Origin: Sedimentisphaerales bacterium
GTDB lineage: Bacteria; Planctomycetota; Phycisphaerae; Sedimentisphaerales; SM23-30
Length of the DNA: 64,000 bases
Reading direction: 5' to 3' (one strand)
NCBI GenBank assembly: GCA_963666285.1
Contig: OY762711.1
Part shown: positions 41,010-52,066 of the stretch, in pieces
Numbering within the stretch: position 1 is the stretch's first letter
Layout: each line of letters begins with the position of its first letter
Notes under the pieces: generated by a model
Databases searched by the model: none
The model's input: the letters and a program-made list of their open reading frames with translations, nothing else
What the model was told of the DNA's origin: nothing
Translations under genes and position numbers: made by a program

Positions 41010-44000
41010 GTGAAAACCAAAACAGATCCGCAATTAATCCAGGAGAGACTTCGACTGGCACTGGAAGCTGTCAGTGATGGTATCTGGGACTGGGACCTGG
41101 AAACCGGGGAGGTTTACTGGAACCCGCTTAGTTATACAATGCTGGGCTATGAACCTGATGAATTTAAGGTGACATACGATAAATGGAAAGAGATGGTTCA
41201 CCCTGATGATATTTGTGGATGTGAAAATTCAGTTCAGGATGCTTTAACTTCAGGTGAAATATTCAAAATAGAATTTCGAATCAAATGTAAGGATGGATCG
41301 TGGAAATGGATGTTGGGTAGAGGAAGGTGTGTTTCAAGGGATAAAGATGGGAATCCGATTAGAATGGTTGGCACACATGTTGATCTGACTCAGCATAAAA
41401 AAGATGAAGTTGAATTGCATAAAAACGAGTCTGAATTAAAAGCTATTTACGAAAATGCGCCTCTGATTATGTTGTTAGTTGACCAGGATAGGCGTGTCTT
41501 AAAAATGAATGGTCAGGCTCTTGAGTTTTCGGGAAGGTCTTTACAGGAGAATGTTGAAATCCGTGGTGGTGAAGCTCTACGTTGTGTACACGCTTTTGAT
41601 GATGCTAATGGTTGCGGGTTTGGCCCGGAATGTAAAAATTGTGGTGTACGCAAATCTATCTTGGAAACGTTTGAGACTGGAAAGGCTATAAAATGTCGGG
41701 AAGCTGCTATTTCCAGTCAATCCGGTGAAGGCCGTAAAGATATAAATCTGCTCGTTTCTACAAAACCGCTTGAAGGGTTTGAAAAAAAAGTTGTCCTGGT
41801 TTGTATTGATGATATTACCGATCGGAAACAGACTGAAAATGAACTTAGAGCTGAAAAGGAATTTACCGAAGCTGCATTGGACAGTCAGGGTGATACTTTT
41901 TTCCTGTTCGATCCTGAATCCGGCAAACCTGTGAGATGGAATAAGGCTTTATGTGATGTTACCGGTTATACTGATAGTGAAATAGCTCAGTTGATTTGCC
42001 CTTATTCGTATTTCAAAAAAGAAGATTTTGAGAAGGTAATTAATTTTATCCGGCATGTTATTGAGAACGGCAGCGGAACTATTGAATTGGACCTTGTCTG
42101 TAAAGATGGCCATTCTATTCCATTTGAGTATGGTGTTTCTGCTGTTAAAGATTCTTGTGGACGGTCTGAGTATCTGATTGCAATTGGACGAGATATAACT
42201 AAAAGAAAAGCTACTGAAAAACAACTCTTGGAAAGTGAAAGTGTTTTATCAGCTTCTTTCAGCAGTATCCAGGATGGAATAGTTATATTGGACAATAATT
42301 TTGATATTATCCGCATCAATCCTGTTATAGAGAAATGGTGTGATGGTGCTGATCGTGTTGTTGGCGCCAAGTGTTACAGCTGTTTTAGAGATTCACCTGA
42401 ACCTTGTGATTTCTGCCCGACACGTAAAGCTTTGGAATCCGGTAATGCTGAATTTAAAGTGTTAAAAGGTTTTCCAGGATCAGGAGTCGAGTGGCTCGAA
42501 GTATATAGTTATCCCATCAAATCTGTTGATACCGGAGAAATAACAGGTGTTATAGAATTTCTACGTGACATTTCCGATCGTAAACGTTCTGAAGAGGCTT
42601 TACTGGAAAGCGAAAATAAACTTCGTGAAGCACAGCAGATGGCACAGCTTGGACACTGGCACTGGGATGTTAGTACCGGTGAAGTTGAGTGGTCTGAATG
42701 GGTTTATAAAATTTTTGGTCTGAATCCTGATGAGTTTACTCCTACTATAGATTCGGTTATGGCAATGTCGCCCTGGCCGGAAGATCATCAGCGGGATAAA
42801 GAATTGATTCAAAAAGCAATAGAAAGTCACGAGAAAGGTGAGTATGAACAGAAGTTTTTACGGTTAGACGGCAGCCTGGGTTACTACTATTCAACTTTCC
42901 AGGGCGTTTACGATCAAAATGATCAGCTTGTTGCCATCAAGGGAACTGTTCAGGATATTACCGAGCGAAAGCTGGTTGAACAGGAACTGTTGCGGGAGCG
43001 TGACAGGCTTGAAATGGCCCAGGAAGCTGCCGGGTTTGGCATGTTCGATTGGGATCTTATCAATAACAAGACTGTTTGCAGCGACAGATATTTCCAGCTT
43101 TTCGGACTGGAGCCGCAGGATAAAATGATTACCAGGGAAGATTGGCTTAATCTGGTTCACCCCGAAGATAGAGAGCGTGTTAGCCGGGAAGTCAGGCATT
43201 TTTTGGAAAATGGTGATGTTTATGATACTGAATATCGTGTGGTCTGGCCGGATGGCTCTGTGAAATGGTTAAACAGTAAATCCAGGGTATTTAGTGATGA
43301 ATGCGGCAAGCCTTATCGAATGATTGGAATAATGTCAGATATAACAGAACGCAAACAGGCCGAAGAAGTAGTCAAGACATATAATTCCCGCCTGAAAAAT
43401 GAAGTGAAAGAACGCACCGAAGAGCTTCAGGAGAAAAACATTCTGCTTGAAAATGAGATTAGCGAGCGTATTAAGGCTGAAAAAGAACTTAAAACTGCTG
43501 TTTCACAATTAATCCAGGCTGAAAAGCTCGCTACTGTCGGCCAGCTGGCCGCCGGTGTTGCTCATGAGATAAATACTCCGCTTGGCGCTATTGGCTCCTC
43601 CAATACCACAATTCAACAGCAATTTGAGAGCATCCTGGACAATATTGACCAGGAATTCGAAATTCTAAAGGATAATGCCAACCTGATTAACCAGGTAATC
43701 AATCGAATTACCAGTTCCAGCATAGATCTTAACTCTCGACAGGCCCGGCAAATGAAAACCATTTTGACTGAGAGGTTAACCGGACTTAATGTTAAGCATC
43801 CTGAGGTAACCGCTTCTTTACTGGTTTCTATAGGGCTTGTTGAAAATTACGAGTCATATTTACCTTTGTTTGAAAAGGAAAACAGTACCCAGATTATAGA
43901 CTTTGTTCGAAAAATCTCTAATATCATCAGCGGAAGTAAAATTATTGATACTGCGGTAAAACAATCTTCACGGGTTGTTTATGCCTTGCGAGATTATGCC

Positions 44001-44468
44001 AGAGCAGATCAGGAAGAAGTAAAGGTACTGGCAAATATCAAAGATACCATAGAGACAGCTATTGTATTATATGGTAACAGGGTAAAACATGGCATCGATT
44101 TGAAAGTTGAGCTTGATGATAATATTCCTGAGATTGAGTGCCATCCCCATGAACTTTGCCAGGTTTGGACCAATCTTATCAGCAATGCGGTTCATGCAAT
44201 GAACAATTGCGGGTCGCTTTCGATCAGGCTCAGGCAGGTTGAGGATAATATCCAGGTGACCATAGCTGATTCCGGTTGCGGCATACCGGATGAGATAAAA
44301 GGCAGGATATTTGATCCGTTATTTACTACTAAGCCGGTTGGTGAAGGTACCGGTTTGGGCCTTGATATTGTCAAAAGAATTATTGAGAGGCATAACGGCA
44401 CACTTCAGCTTGAAAGCCAGGTTGGTGTGGGAACGACCTTTACTATAACAATTCCAATAACCGGCTAG
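41010..44468 (+). CDS. Cytoplasmic multi-PAS histidine kinase, paralogous to 34475-38233
   Basis: About six PAS/PAC modules; GVAHEINTPL; NLISNA; GTGLGL. Confidence 0.92.
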   Translation: MKTKTDPQLIQERLRLALEAVSDGIWDWDLETGEVYWNPLSYTMLGYEPDEFKVTYDKWKEMVHPDDICGCENSVQDALTSGEIFKIEFRIKCKDGSWKWMLGRGRCVSRDKDGNPIRMVGTHVDLTQHKKDEVELHKNESELKAIYENAPLIMLLVDQDRRVLKMNGQALEFSGRSLQENVEIRGGEALRCVHAFDDANGCGFGPECKNCGVRKSILETFETGKAIKCREAAISSQSGEGRKDINLLVSTKPLEGFEKKVVLVCIDDITDRKQTENELRAEKEFTEAALDSQGDTFFLFDPESGKPVRWNKALCDVTGYTDSEIAQLICPYSYFKKEDFEKVINFIRHVIENGSGTIELDLVCKDGHSIPFEYGVSAVKDSCGRSEYLIAIGRDITKRKATEKQLLESESVLSASFSSIQDGIVILDNNFDIIRINPVIEKWCDGADRVVGAKCYSCFRDSPEPCDFCPTRKALESGNAEFKVLKGFPGSGVEWLEVYSYPIKSVDTGEITGVIEFLRDISDRKRSEEALLESENKLREAQQMAQLGHWHWDVSTGEVEWSEWVYKIFGLNPDEFTPTIDSVMAMSPWPEDHQRDKELIQKAIESHEKGEYEQKFLRLDGSLGYYYSTFQGVYDQNDQLVAIKGTVQDITERKLVEQELLRERDRLEMAQEAAGFGMFDWDLINNKTVCSDRYFQLFGLEPQDKMITREDWLNLVHPEDRERVSREVRHFLENGDVYDTEYRVVWPDGSVKWLNSKSRVFSDECGKPYRMIGIMSDITERKQAEEVVKTYNSRLKNEVKERTEELQEKNILLENEISERIKAEKELKTAVSQLIQAEKLATVGQLAAGVAHEINTPLGAIGSSNTTIQQQFESILDNIDQEFEILKDNANLINQVINRITSSSIDLNSRQARQMKTILTERLTGLNVKHPEVTASLLVSIGLVENYESYLPLFEKENSTQIIDFVRKISNIISGSKIIDTAVKQSSRVVYALRDYARADQEEVKVLANIKDTIETAIVLYGNRVKHGIDLKVELDDNIPEIECHPHELCQVWTNLISNAVHAMNNCGSLSIRLRQVEDNIQVTIADSGCGIPDEIKGRIFDPLFTTKPVGEGTGLGLDIVKRIIERHNGTLQLESQVGVGTTFTITIPITG

Positions 44469-44926
44469 CTGCCCAAGCTATTGGAGACACTTCTTTTGCA
44501 GGGCTGAAATATCTATCGGATATAAGGTTTGTATCAAAAATAACAATTTTTTTACTGCTTTATTTGCACGTCCTTATTTTATGGAGTATAATTTATATGG
44601 ACGTAAGGTACGGCCTGATTTGGTCAAATACAATCTGCTAACATCATACACATTTATGTATAGCCTGCTTAGCACATCATATTTTATTATTCTATAATTA
44701 TTGTGGCAGGTAGCTTGTTATAGCAGGGCGTAAAACAATCATCTTTATAATATGTTCATTATTTCTATCAGAACTTCTGGTTCGGCATGCAAGAAAAGCG
44801 CGCATTTTTTGTGGCTCGTTCCCGGTATTTGTTCGGACAGAATAGAAATATGTACTGATCGATTCGTTTTTATGTTTATCTATTCAAGTATTTAATGCCA
44901 TTAATTAATTAAGATGGGAGGCTATC

Positions 44927-46258
44927 ATGGAAACTCACAACAACCCCGACCACGATAAAAACCAAAATGTTAACCAGGCAAAAAAAGGAGACCCCAATAG
45001 TAATTACGCTGTTATTAACAGGACACCGGTGAATTATAACCCGAAACCCATGGCCCATAAACTGGCTAACATTATATACTGGGCCAGTATTATAATGCTG
45101 CTGATCGGTGCCCGTGAACTTATCAGCCCCGGCACCAGGAAGCCAGGCGATACTATCCAGATTTTTATTACACTTATCTCCTTTGAAGTCTATATGTGGC
45201 TGCTGGTAATGCTTAACAAATGGCATTATGGTAAAAAAATGTTAATTGACAGTGTCCGCAGTATAGTCTTCATACTGGCTATTACCGGTTTCTTTTTTAT
45301 GAATCTCAATGAGCTTTATCTCATTAGCGGACGATTTGGAATGAGCATATCCTGTGCCGCTTTTGTCACCTGCCTGCTAAAAATGAAGTTAATGTTCAAA
45401 ACCGTCAATCTCAGGATGCCACGCTATCAGCAGGCATATATACTTGGCTGGCTTATACTTATCATTATACCGGCACCATTATTCAAAATGATGTCTGATG
45501 AGGCCAGGCATCTGAACTCTATCCTCTACTGCTGGGTTCTCACCATTTACCTGACTTCACATGTTTATGCTATCAGGTATCAGAATCAGGCCGGCTACCA
45601 GGAAAACAAAAAGAACCCGTATAGAAACTGGCAGGCACCTTGGGCGGTCCTGGCGATTATGTTTATTTTCTCTGTTGCCCAGTGTGCTTCTGTAATATAT
45701 GTATTTGCTGACTACAGTTACTGGTATTTCACACCGATTTATACCACTATGGCGGTTTTGGCTATCGCTATGGCCCATACTTCCAAACGCGGCATCGGGT
45801 ATGCCTGGATCCTGCTGGGTGCTGTTCTGCTCTATATGTGTACCAGTGCCGCAGGTCCGCTGCTCCCGGCATCTTATCCAAGGTCTATGGGAGCGCCCAG
45901 TGACTCCCTGGTACGGGTTTACAACAGTGTCGGCATGGAATACCTCATCAACCCTTATCTGCCGTCACTTTTGTACGGCTCTATGGTATTTGCCCTGTGT
46001 GGAGCGGTGCTTACCGCATGGTGGATGATGTTTGCTGCTGCGGTTGCACCTTCTATACTTACCAGTATGTGGACGGTTAACTATGTATCAAAATGCAAAA
46101 ACGGCAAAGGGTTCGCCATGCTGCTGGGTGCGTTCCTGCTGCTTGGCTGCGGTATCGCTATCCAGTGGGCCCAGGAAAAATTTCATTCCAAAAGAGACCC
46201 CGAACCATATCCTGAAATCATTACTGCCGAAGAGACCCATAAATCTCCTTTAACATAG
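44927..46258 (+). CDS. Polytopic hypothetical membrane protein
   Basis: GGAGG RBS; about 12 hydrophobic segments. Confidence 0.75.
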   Translation: METHNNPDHDKNQNVNQAKKGDPNSNYAVINRTPVNYNPKPMAHKLANIIYWASIIMLLIGARELISPGTRKPGDTIQIFITLISFEVYMWLLVMLNKWHYGKKMLIDSVRSIVFILAITGFFFMNLNELYLISGRFGMSISCAAFVTCLLKMKLMFKTVNLRMPRYQQAYILGWLILIIIPAPLFKMMSDEARHLNSILYCWVLTIYLTSHVYAIRYQNQAGYQENKKNPYRNWQAPWAVLAIMFIFSVAQCASVIYVFADYSYWYFTPIYTTMAVLAIAMAHTSKRGIGYAWILLGAVLLYMCTSAAGPLLPASYPRSMGAPSDSLVRVYNSVGMEYLINPYLPSLLYGSMVFALCGAVLTAWWMMFAAAVAPSILTSMWTVNYVSKCKNGKGFAMLLGAFLLLGCGIAIQWAQEKFHSKRDPEPYPEIITAEETHKSPLT

Positions 46259-46274
46259 TTGTTGTTTTCTCCCT

Positions 46275-46313
46275 TAACGCCGGGCTGGTATTAAGTTATC
46301 ACCCGGCGTTTTT
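46275..46313. terminator. Terminator between convergent genes
   Basis: AACGCCGGG...CCCGGCGTT followed by T-run. Confidence 0.75.
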
Positions 46314-46960
46314 TATTTTCCACCTGATTTGGTTATGTCTTCTGTTACCAGTACTTCATAAGTTGTCGCCATGAAATATTGCCTCCAGTTTTCAGTATTG
46401 GTAAACGGCAGGGGTGCTCTGGACCAATTAATAGGTATAAGTTTCTTGCCGAAAACGGTCTGCATCAGGTATCCGCCCCTTTTATCCAGGATAATGTCGC
46501 CTAGCAGCTGTTCGCTTTGATCGTAAACCAGGTAGCTGCACCAGGCGGGAAGCTTTATATTAAATGGACCTTTGACTATCCAGCCGATCAAGGCAGCGTT
46601 CCAGTAGAAAAATGCCTTGGGTGATGATTTTATCTGGACAATCTCAAAGCTGTCTTTGCCTATGTTGCCGATAATATAAAATGCTCTGCGCAGCCAGAAA
46701 TGCCCCATACTTTTGCCGGAGACCAGCCCGACAAATTCCCTTTGACTTTCTTCTTCGTTTTGCCAAAAATTCTTATCATCATATTTCATGAAAATCTGAC
46801 CTGCAATGCAATCCAGGTTTTCATGCCATTGCAAATATCTGTCTTCCTCCAGTTCCCTGATCGTATATTTTGCCCGGTATTCAAGATATCTTTCACGCGC
46901 AGCTTCTATCTGCTCTTTTTCTTTCGTCTTGATATTTTCAATTGTTTCAAGATCAATCAA
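46313..46960 (-). CDS. Hypothetical protein
   Basis: 215-aa ORF overlapping the upstream gene by 8 bp. Confidence 0.65.
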   Translation of the reverse strand: MIDLETIENIKTKEKEQIEAARERYLEYRAKYTIRELEEDRYLQWHENLDCIAGQIFMKYDDKNFWQNEEESQREFVGLVSGKSMGHFWLRRAFYIIGNIGKDSFEIVQIKSSPKAFFYWNAALIGWIVKGPFNIKLPAWCSYLVYDQSEQLLGDIILDKRGGYLMQTVFGKKLIPINWSRAPLPFTNTENWRQYFMATTYEVLVTEDITKSGGK

Positions 46961-48047
46961 TTTTTTCTTCTTCCTTATCAGTATTATATTTCTTTACATA
47001 CCTTTCTGCATATTCCTTGATTGAGCCAACCGGGTCACTCTTTAACAGCAGAAGCAATTCCATATCTTCTGAAAGTTCGTAATCGTTATTGTCAGAATCA
47101 GTATGGGTGGCGAAAATGGTCTTCATTTTATCTTTCGGTCTGACCTCTTCTGGCAAAAAGTTGAATTCTTTCTGGATCTTCTCAACTGTGTTTTTCCAGT
47201 CAAAATGTGATTTGTTATTTATTTCAGGTGAGATTATATAGAGATATGGCATCGCGATAATTTCATAACCTTGCTCTTTTCTTACCAGGAACGGTCCTTC
47301 GAATCGCATTTTACTGTTCTGCTGCTCTGTTTTAGCTGTTTTAATATCGTTCAGGCAATCATCACAAAGACCTAGTCCCTTATTGCTCCGGCCAAACAGC
47401 TTATAGATAGGCGTTAAATACACATCAACACTGGCTTTCATCAGGCAATTATTATTGCAATGGCTGCCGTCTCCGTGTTCGGTATTTGTTGCCAGGCCGA
47501 GTATATGGCCCAGTTCATGTCGAATAAAATGCAGCTGGGCGACTTTGTTATGTTTGACATAGGATGTATTAAAAAATGCTGTCGTCGCCGTATTGCCGTA
47601 AACATAAGGATTTTTTATATTCGCCTTAATGTCTTTTTGCCTGTCATAAAAGAAGCAGTGTATATATGCACAATCGCCTTCGGTAGCTCTCGGCCCGTCA
47701 GTGTACAGCAATGAGATCAGCTCCACCGGCATATCCTTCTGGTTCGGTTTCAGCCTTATCGGATCATCCTTTACTATCGTTATGGTCTCCTTTTCGCAAT
47801 GCTGACCCAGGAAATCACTGATCGTTTTCAAATAGAGTTCCGGCACTTCCGTATCTTCCAGGCTGTCAACTTCTACATAAATTTTAGAATATGGCTCTTG
47901 CTGCAGGTATAGTTGGTATGGATGATACTCCAGCGCATCTGCAAGCTTGTAATCATTGTTATCCGGCTTACCGCAGCCGGAAAGATATAACGCCAGAATT
48001 ATTATCAACAGAGTTGCTGGAATTATTTTTTTTCGTAATATTATCAT
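46953..48047 (-). CDS. Lipoprotein, zincin-like metallopeptidase
   Basis: Lipobox LSGC; HELGHILGL; downstream HC...CLM and C..C. Confidence 0.75.
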   Translation of the reverse strand: MIILRKKIIPATLLIIILALYLSGCGKPDNNDYKLADALEYHPYQLYLQQEPYSKIYVEVDSLEDTEVPELYLKTISDFLGQHCEKETITIVKDDPIRLKPNQKDMPVELISLLYTDGPRATEGDCAYIHCFFYDRQKDIKANIKNPYVYGNTATTAFFNTSYVKHNKVAQLHFIRHELGHILGLATNTEHGDGSHCNNNCLMKASVDVYLTPIYKLFGRSNKGLGLCDDCLNDIKTAKTEQQNSKMRFEGPFLVRKEQGYEIIAMPYLYIISPEINNKSHFDWKNTVEKIQKEFNFLPEEVRPKDKMKTIFATHTDSDNNDYELSEDMELLLLLKSDPVGSIKEYAERYVKKYNTDKEEEKID

Positions 48048-48148
48048 CCAAAACGTCTCTTTATGTGTTAATTGTATTTGTGTATAATCATAAAAGTAAG
48101 GCTTCTAGCTCACATGGAACAATGAGCCTTGAGTATAATAGTTGCACA

Positions 48149-51100
48149 TTACTTCCGTTTCTTGTTTGACTTCGTTGATGTAGGATTGTCACGAGCCTCT
48201 ATAGCCTCAAGCAACCTAAGTTCTTCGGCATAGAGCTTCTCCAGGAACTCATTCCAATCATCCATGTCAATATCAGCCATCATGTCAGGGTATTCAACAG
48301 GAATCTTTTCTAACCAATCAATAATGTCTGCTATTCTATATAGTTGAGCCTCCAATGGAAGTTCTGCGGCTTCAGCAGGGTCAATATATACAGTGTTTGC
48401 ATATTCATCAGCATAAGGGTTTTCTGCTTCCAGCATTACTGGTTCCAGCATGAAGCTTGTCATTGTTGACATTACAGACATTGGCGTGGCATCATACCAG
48501 CAAGCACTCCATAGCCAGATGCTAGTAAAATCGCTTAAGTCGTCAATATCAACAGTATTGTCATCATCCATATCCCAGGTATCATACCAGTTTGGATCAG
48601 AGGAAGTTAACAACCATGTTTCAGCAAGCCCACCAAATTCATGCTGATTGATAATTCCGTCAGCATTTATGTCATATTCATGTGAAATACCATCACTGCA
48701 ATAGACATACTCATCTGCACCCATGTCAACCGTGAGGCTAATACCACCATTAACAATACGTGTTTCACCGTCAATATCAGTTTCATCGATGCCAACACCT
48801 GTATTGTAACCTAGATCAATACAAGTTGAATTAGAACTTAGATGGAAATCTAAATAAACATTTGGATCGCCGTAAGCAAAATCAGGATAGCAATGAATAT
48901 TATTATAAGTAGAATCCGGCGTACTGCTTGAAGTGTTCGGATCTTGAACGCAGCTGTATGTTACATCACAACCTGATGGAAGCTGGATAATCTCACCATT
49001 ACCCCATAAAATTGAATTTGTAATTGTCGGAGCATTACTGCCAGAATATGATACGCCATACCTTTTATTATATGCAATTGTATTGTTACGGAATACGGCA
49101 ACAGAGGATGGACTATTCAGGTTTACACCATGATAATAACCGCTGGAACCATTTTTGTATATCATGCAGTTGGTAACTGTAGGTGTAGAATTTTCACAAT
49201 ATACTCCGTCTTTTTGATTACCAAATATTTTACTACTCTTGATTGTTAGTGAATTACTTGAACCTGTGTGAGAAATACCATGCTCGCCACTATTTTTAAC
49301 AACACAAGAATCTACTATTACATCGCTATCTGCAAAATCAATACCGTGTGTACCACTATTACTTATTACAGTGTTAGCAATAGTGCAATCAGCACTATCG
49401 CCACTAATACCACTTTCAACTGAGTTTTTCACAACAAAACCATCCAAGACAGTATCATCCTGCAATACAACAAGATTGTTATTGATGGCATTTCCTTTTA
49501 GTGTCGAATAATATTTCCCCCAGTTTCTATCGGTACGATATTCTTCATTACCAATGAAACCACCATAAACTTCTATATCATAAGGTATTTCAAATTTATC
49601 ATTGGCACTTTCCCCAGGAGAATAGTTGCCATGAGCAACCCAGATTTCTGAACCACATTCTATCCCCAAAGCTCTGGCATTGTTGATACGGTCAATTGCC
49701 ATTGAAAGCTTCGTATAAGCCGTTTCCCAGCTGGTACCAGTCTCGAAGTAATTATTAGGATCAAGAGTGGCATTAACATATATTACTCCCGGAGCTGAAT
49801 CAATATCTGCCCAGCAGCATACAGGATTAGTTTCTGATGTTTCTGCCCAAGACGTGTCAGATTCTATCCAAACATAATTCACTACATCTGATACTGGGTC
49901 AGCTTGCGGATTAAGCATAACTGTAAGGCTAAAAACTGTACTTGTTTCACTTGGCTCTAAGGTACCAATTTCCCATGTAACTGTATTATTCATAAAATCA
50001 AATACAGCAGTATTTGGATCGGCAGACACAAATGTTAATTCGTCTGGTAAATAGTCAATTACAACTACATTAGTATGGCTTTCTTCTACTGCACGAAAAT
50101 CAATCTCATATTCAATTTCATCGCCGGGAGTTATGCATGTATCAAAATCCAGCATTTCTTTTGTGATATGCAGGTCGCTTTCACCAAGTGCGCAGTTCAT
50201 CAATACTGGCTCTGCACGAAAAGTATTAGTTCCATCTCCTAATTGGCCTGAGCCATTATCTTCCCAACTCCAAACATTACCGTAAATATCTATTGCCAAA
50301 ACATGTTTATAACCAGCTTCGATAGCTGCGATATTTTCCAGATATCCACTTGATGTCTCCATTTCGCCGTCAGTTACTAAACTGGGTGATCCACCTGTAT
50401 CCCATTCCCATACATATCCGGAACTGTCCAAACCTAAACAATAATCTGAACCAACTCGAACATCTACAATATTTTCCAGATAACCGGAAGTAGTCTCCAT
50501 GTCTCCATCAGTTACAAGTGAGGGGGTACCACACGCTTCTTCCCAACTCCAAACCATACCGCTTGAGTCAAGTGCGGCGGTATAATCACAGCTTGAGATA
50601 GCTATAATCTCAGTATTATTTGGGTCTGGAAAACCTATCTTTTTGGCATATTCGGTACCATCACCCCATTCCCATACATCACCCGCCTGGTCAAGTGCAG
50701 TTGAATGGTGAATACCTGCCTGCACATCAATAATTGGGCTGGCACTTCCAAGCTTCACAGCAGGATCATCGTCTGTATATATATAATGAGGTAATTCTAC
50801 ATAGCCTAGCCCATTGATTTGCGAACCACACTGGTAAGAAGCATTTAGTCCCCATGCAAAAACATGGCCTGCACTATCTGCGGCCAATGAATGTTGTCCG
50901 CTGCGACCAGCAGAGATTGATACTATATTGCTTAGTACTGTATTTGGGTCAGTATTTTGCTCACCAGAAAGAACGATTTGCGGTGTGTTGAATTGAATCC
51001 CTAAATCTCGTCCTATCCCCAATCTTCCATCATCGTTACTGCCCCATGCATAAACATAACCATCTGAGTTGGAGGCAAGCGAATGCATCCACCCAGCATC

Positions 51101-51382
51101 AAACAGTGCTACATTTTCTAAATATCCTGTTTCTGTTTCCGCTTTCCCATCAACAACTCGATCAAGATTAAGAAAATTCCCTCCATAATTTGAACCGTTA
51201 CCTAATTGGTAGAAACTATTTCCCCCGCAAGCCCATAATGTAGCATTATCCATTAATACTAACGTATGATCTTCTCCTCCAGACACCTCTACAGCTTCTA
51301 TGCAGTTCAAGGTAGCGAAAGACATATTAACAAACAAAACTGAAAATATAAATGCGCGCAGTATCTCTATTATATTTTTCAT
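48149..51382 (-). CDS. Large secreted protein: RCC1-like propeller, DUF11-like Ig domain, right-handed beta-helix, dockerin-like module, helical tail
   Basis: AG..HSLA...G.V.AWG.N..GQLG repeats; PGDEIEY.I...NVVVIDYLP; GTSWETAY, IWVA.G.Y; DMGADE; DINADGIIN...WL. Confidence 0.85.
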   Translation of the reverse strand: MKNIIEILRAFIFSVLFVNMSFATLNCIEAVEVSGGEDHTLVLMDNATLWACGGNSFYQLGNGSNYGGNFLNLDRVVDGKAETETGYLENVALFDAGWMHSLASNSDGYVYAWGSNDDGRLGIGRDLGIQFNTPQIVLSGEQNTDPNTVLSNIVSISAGRSGQHSLAADSAGHVFAWGLNASYQCGSQINGLGYVELPHYIYTDDDPAVKLGSASPIIDVQAGIHHSTALDQAGDVWEWGDGTEYAKKIGFPDPNNTEIIAISSCDYTAALDSSGMVWSWEEACGTPSLVTDGDMETTSGYLENIVDVRVGSDYCLGLDSSGYVWEWDTGGSPSLVTDGEMETSSGYLENIAAIEAGYKHVLAIDIYGNVWSWEDNGSGQLGDGTNTFRAEPVLMNCALGESDLHITKEMLDFDTCITPGDEIEYEIDFRAVEESHTNVVVIDYLPDELTFVSADPNTAVFDFMNNTVTWEIGTLEPSETSTVFSLTVMLNPQADPVSDVVNYVWIESDTSWAETSETNPVCCWADIDSAPGVIYVNATLDPNNYFETGTSWETAYTKLSMAIDRINNARALGIECGSEIWVAHGNYSPGESANDKFEIPYDIEVYGGFIGNEEYRTDRNWGKYYSTLKGNAINNNLVVLQDDTVLDGFVVKNSVESGISGDSADCTIANTVISNSGTHGIDFADSDVIVDSCVVKNSGEHGISHTGSSNSLTIKSSKIFGNQKDGVYCENSTPTVTNCMIYKNGSSGYYHGVNLNSPSSVAVFRNNTIAYNKRYGVSYSGSNAPTITNSILWGNGEIIQLPSGCDVTYSCVQDPNTSSSTPDSTYNNIHCYPDFAYGDPNVYLDFHLSSNSTCIDLGYNTGVGIDETDIDGETRIVNGGISLTVDMGADEYVYCSDGISHEYDINADGIINQHEFGGLAETWLLTSSDPNWYDTWDMDDDNTVDIDDLSDFTSIWLWSACWYDATPMSVMSTMTSFMLEPVMLEAENPYADEYANTVYIDPAEAAELPLEAQLYRIADIIDWLEKIPVEYPDMMADIDMDDWNEFLEKLYAEELRLLEAIEARDNPTSTKSNKKRK

Positions 51383-51405
51383 AAATCATAAGCTCCTTTC
51401 AAAAG

Positions 51406-52047
51406 TTATCTTTTTCTTCTTTTAATAATCCCGATGGTTCCAATTACTACCATTGATACAATAGAAGGTTCTGGTACTACTGTTGTTTTTGTTACCACTC
51501 CTCCAAAATTGAAATCAACTAATTCATTTGAATAATCTTTTCCTTGAACAAATAAATAATTTGATGCATACTCTTCAATAGTAGCTGGTCGTAATTCTAA
51601 ACTATCATTTACTGAATCATTGAAAATGCATTGAAAAACTAATACGGGCGATAATACTTGACTATTAATATTATTACTTTTACTTTTTATATAATAGTCT
51701 CCTTTATCTGAATTTGATATTGATATCGAATAGTCAACATCATTCGGATTTGTTTGAATTATAAGTGATTCATCGGTATTGTTGGGGTTAACTATTTCCA
51801 GATACATTCCACTTTGACCAGAATAATAATAGTACCCTTTTGCATTTGTGCTTTCATAGAGACTATCAGGTATGGTTTCGTAGGTATAATACCCCGAATA
51901 AGTCGCACCAACTGTTAGGTATGATGGCAATAAATCAGAAGAAGACCCAACACTATCAATAACTCCTTCAAATTCAACCTTAACAAGTGACGCACTAAGA
52001 TTTCCAACAATACATAAAAAACCGATAAAAAATGTTATCTTTTTCAT
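51406..52047 (-). CDS. PEP-CTERM protein (array copy D, last transcribed)
   Basis: Signal peptide; VPEPS-TM-KRRKR. Confidence 0.9.
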   Translation of the reverse strand: MKKITFFIGFLCIVGNLSASLVKVEFEGVIDSVGSSSDLLPSYLTVGATYSGYYTYETIPDSLYESTNAKGYYYYSGQSGMYLEIVNPNNTDESLIIQTNPNDVDYSISISNSDKGDYYIKSKSNNINSQVLSPVLVFQCIFNDSVNDSLELRPATIEEYASNYLFVQGKDYSNELVDFNFGGVVTKTTVVPEPSIVSMVVIGTIGIIKRRKR

Positions 52048-52066
52048 AATATAATTCCTTTTAAAA

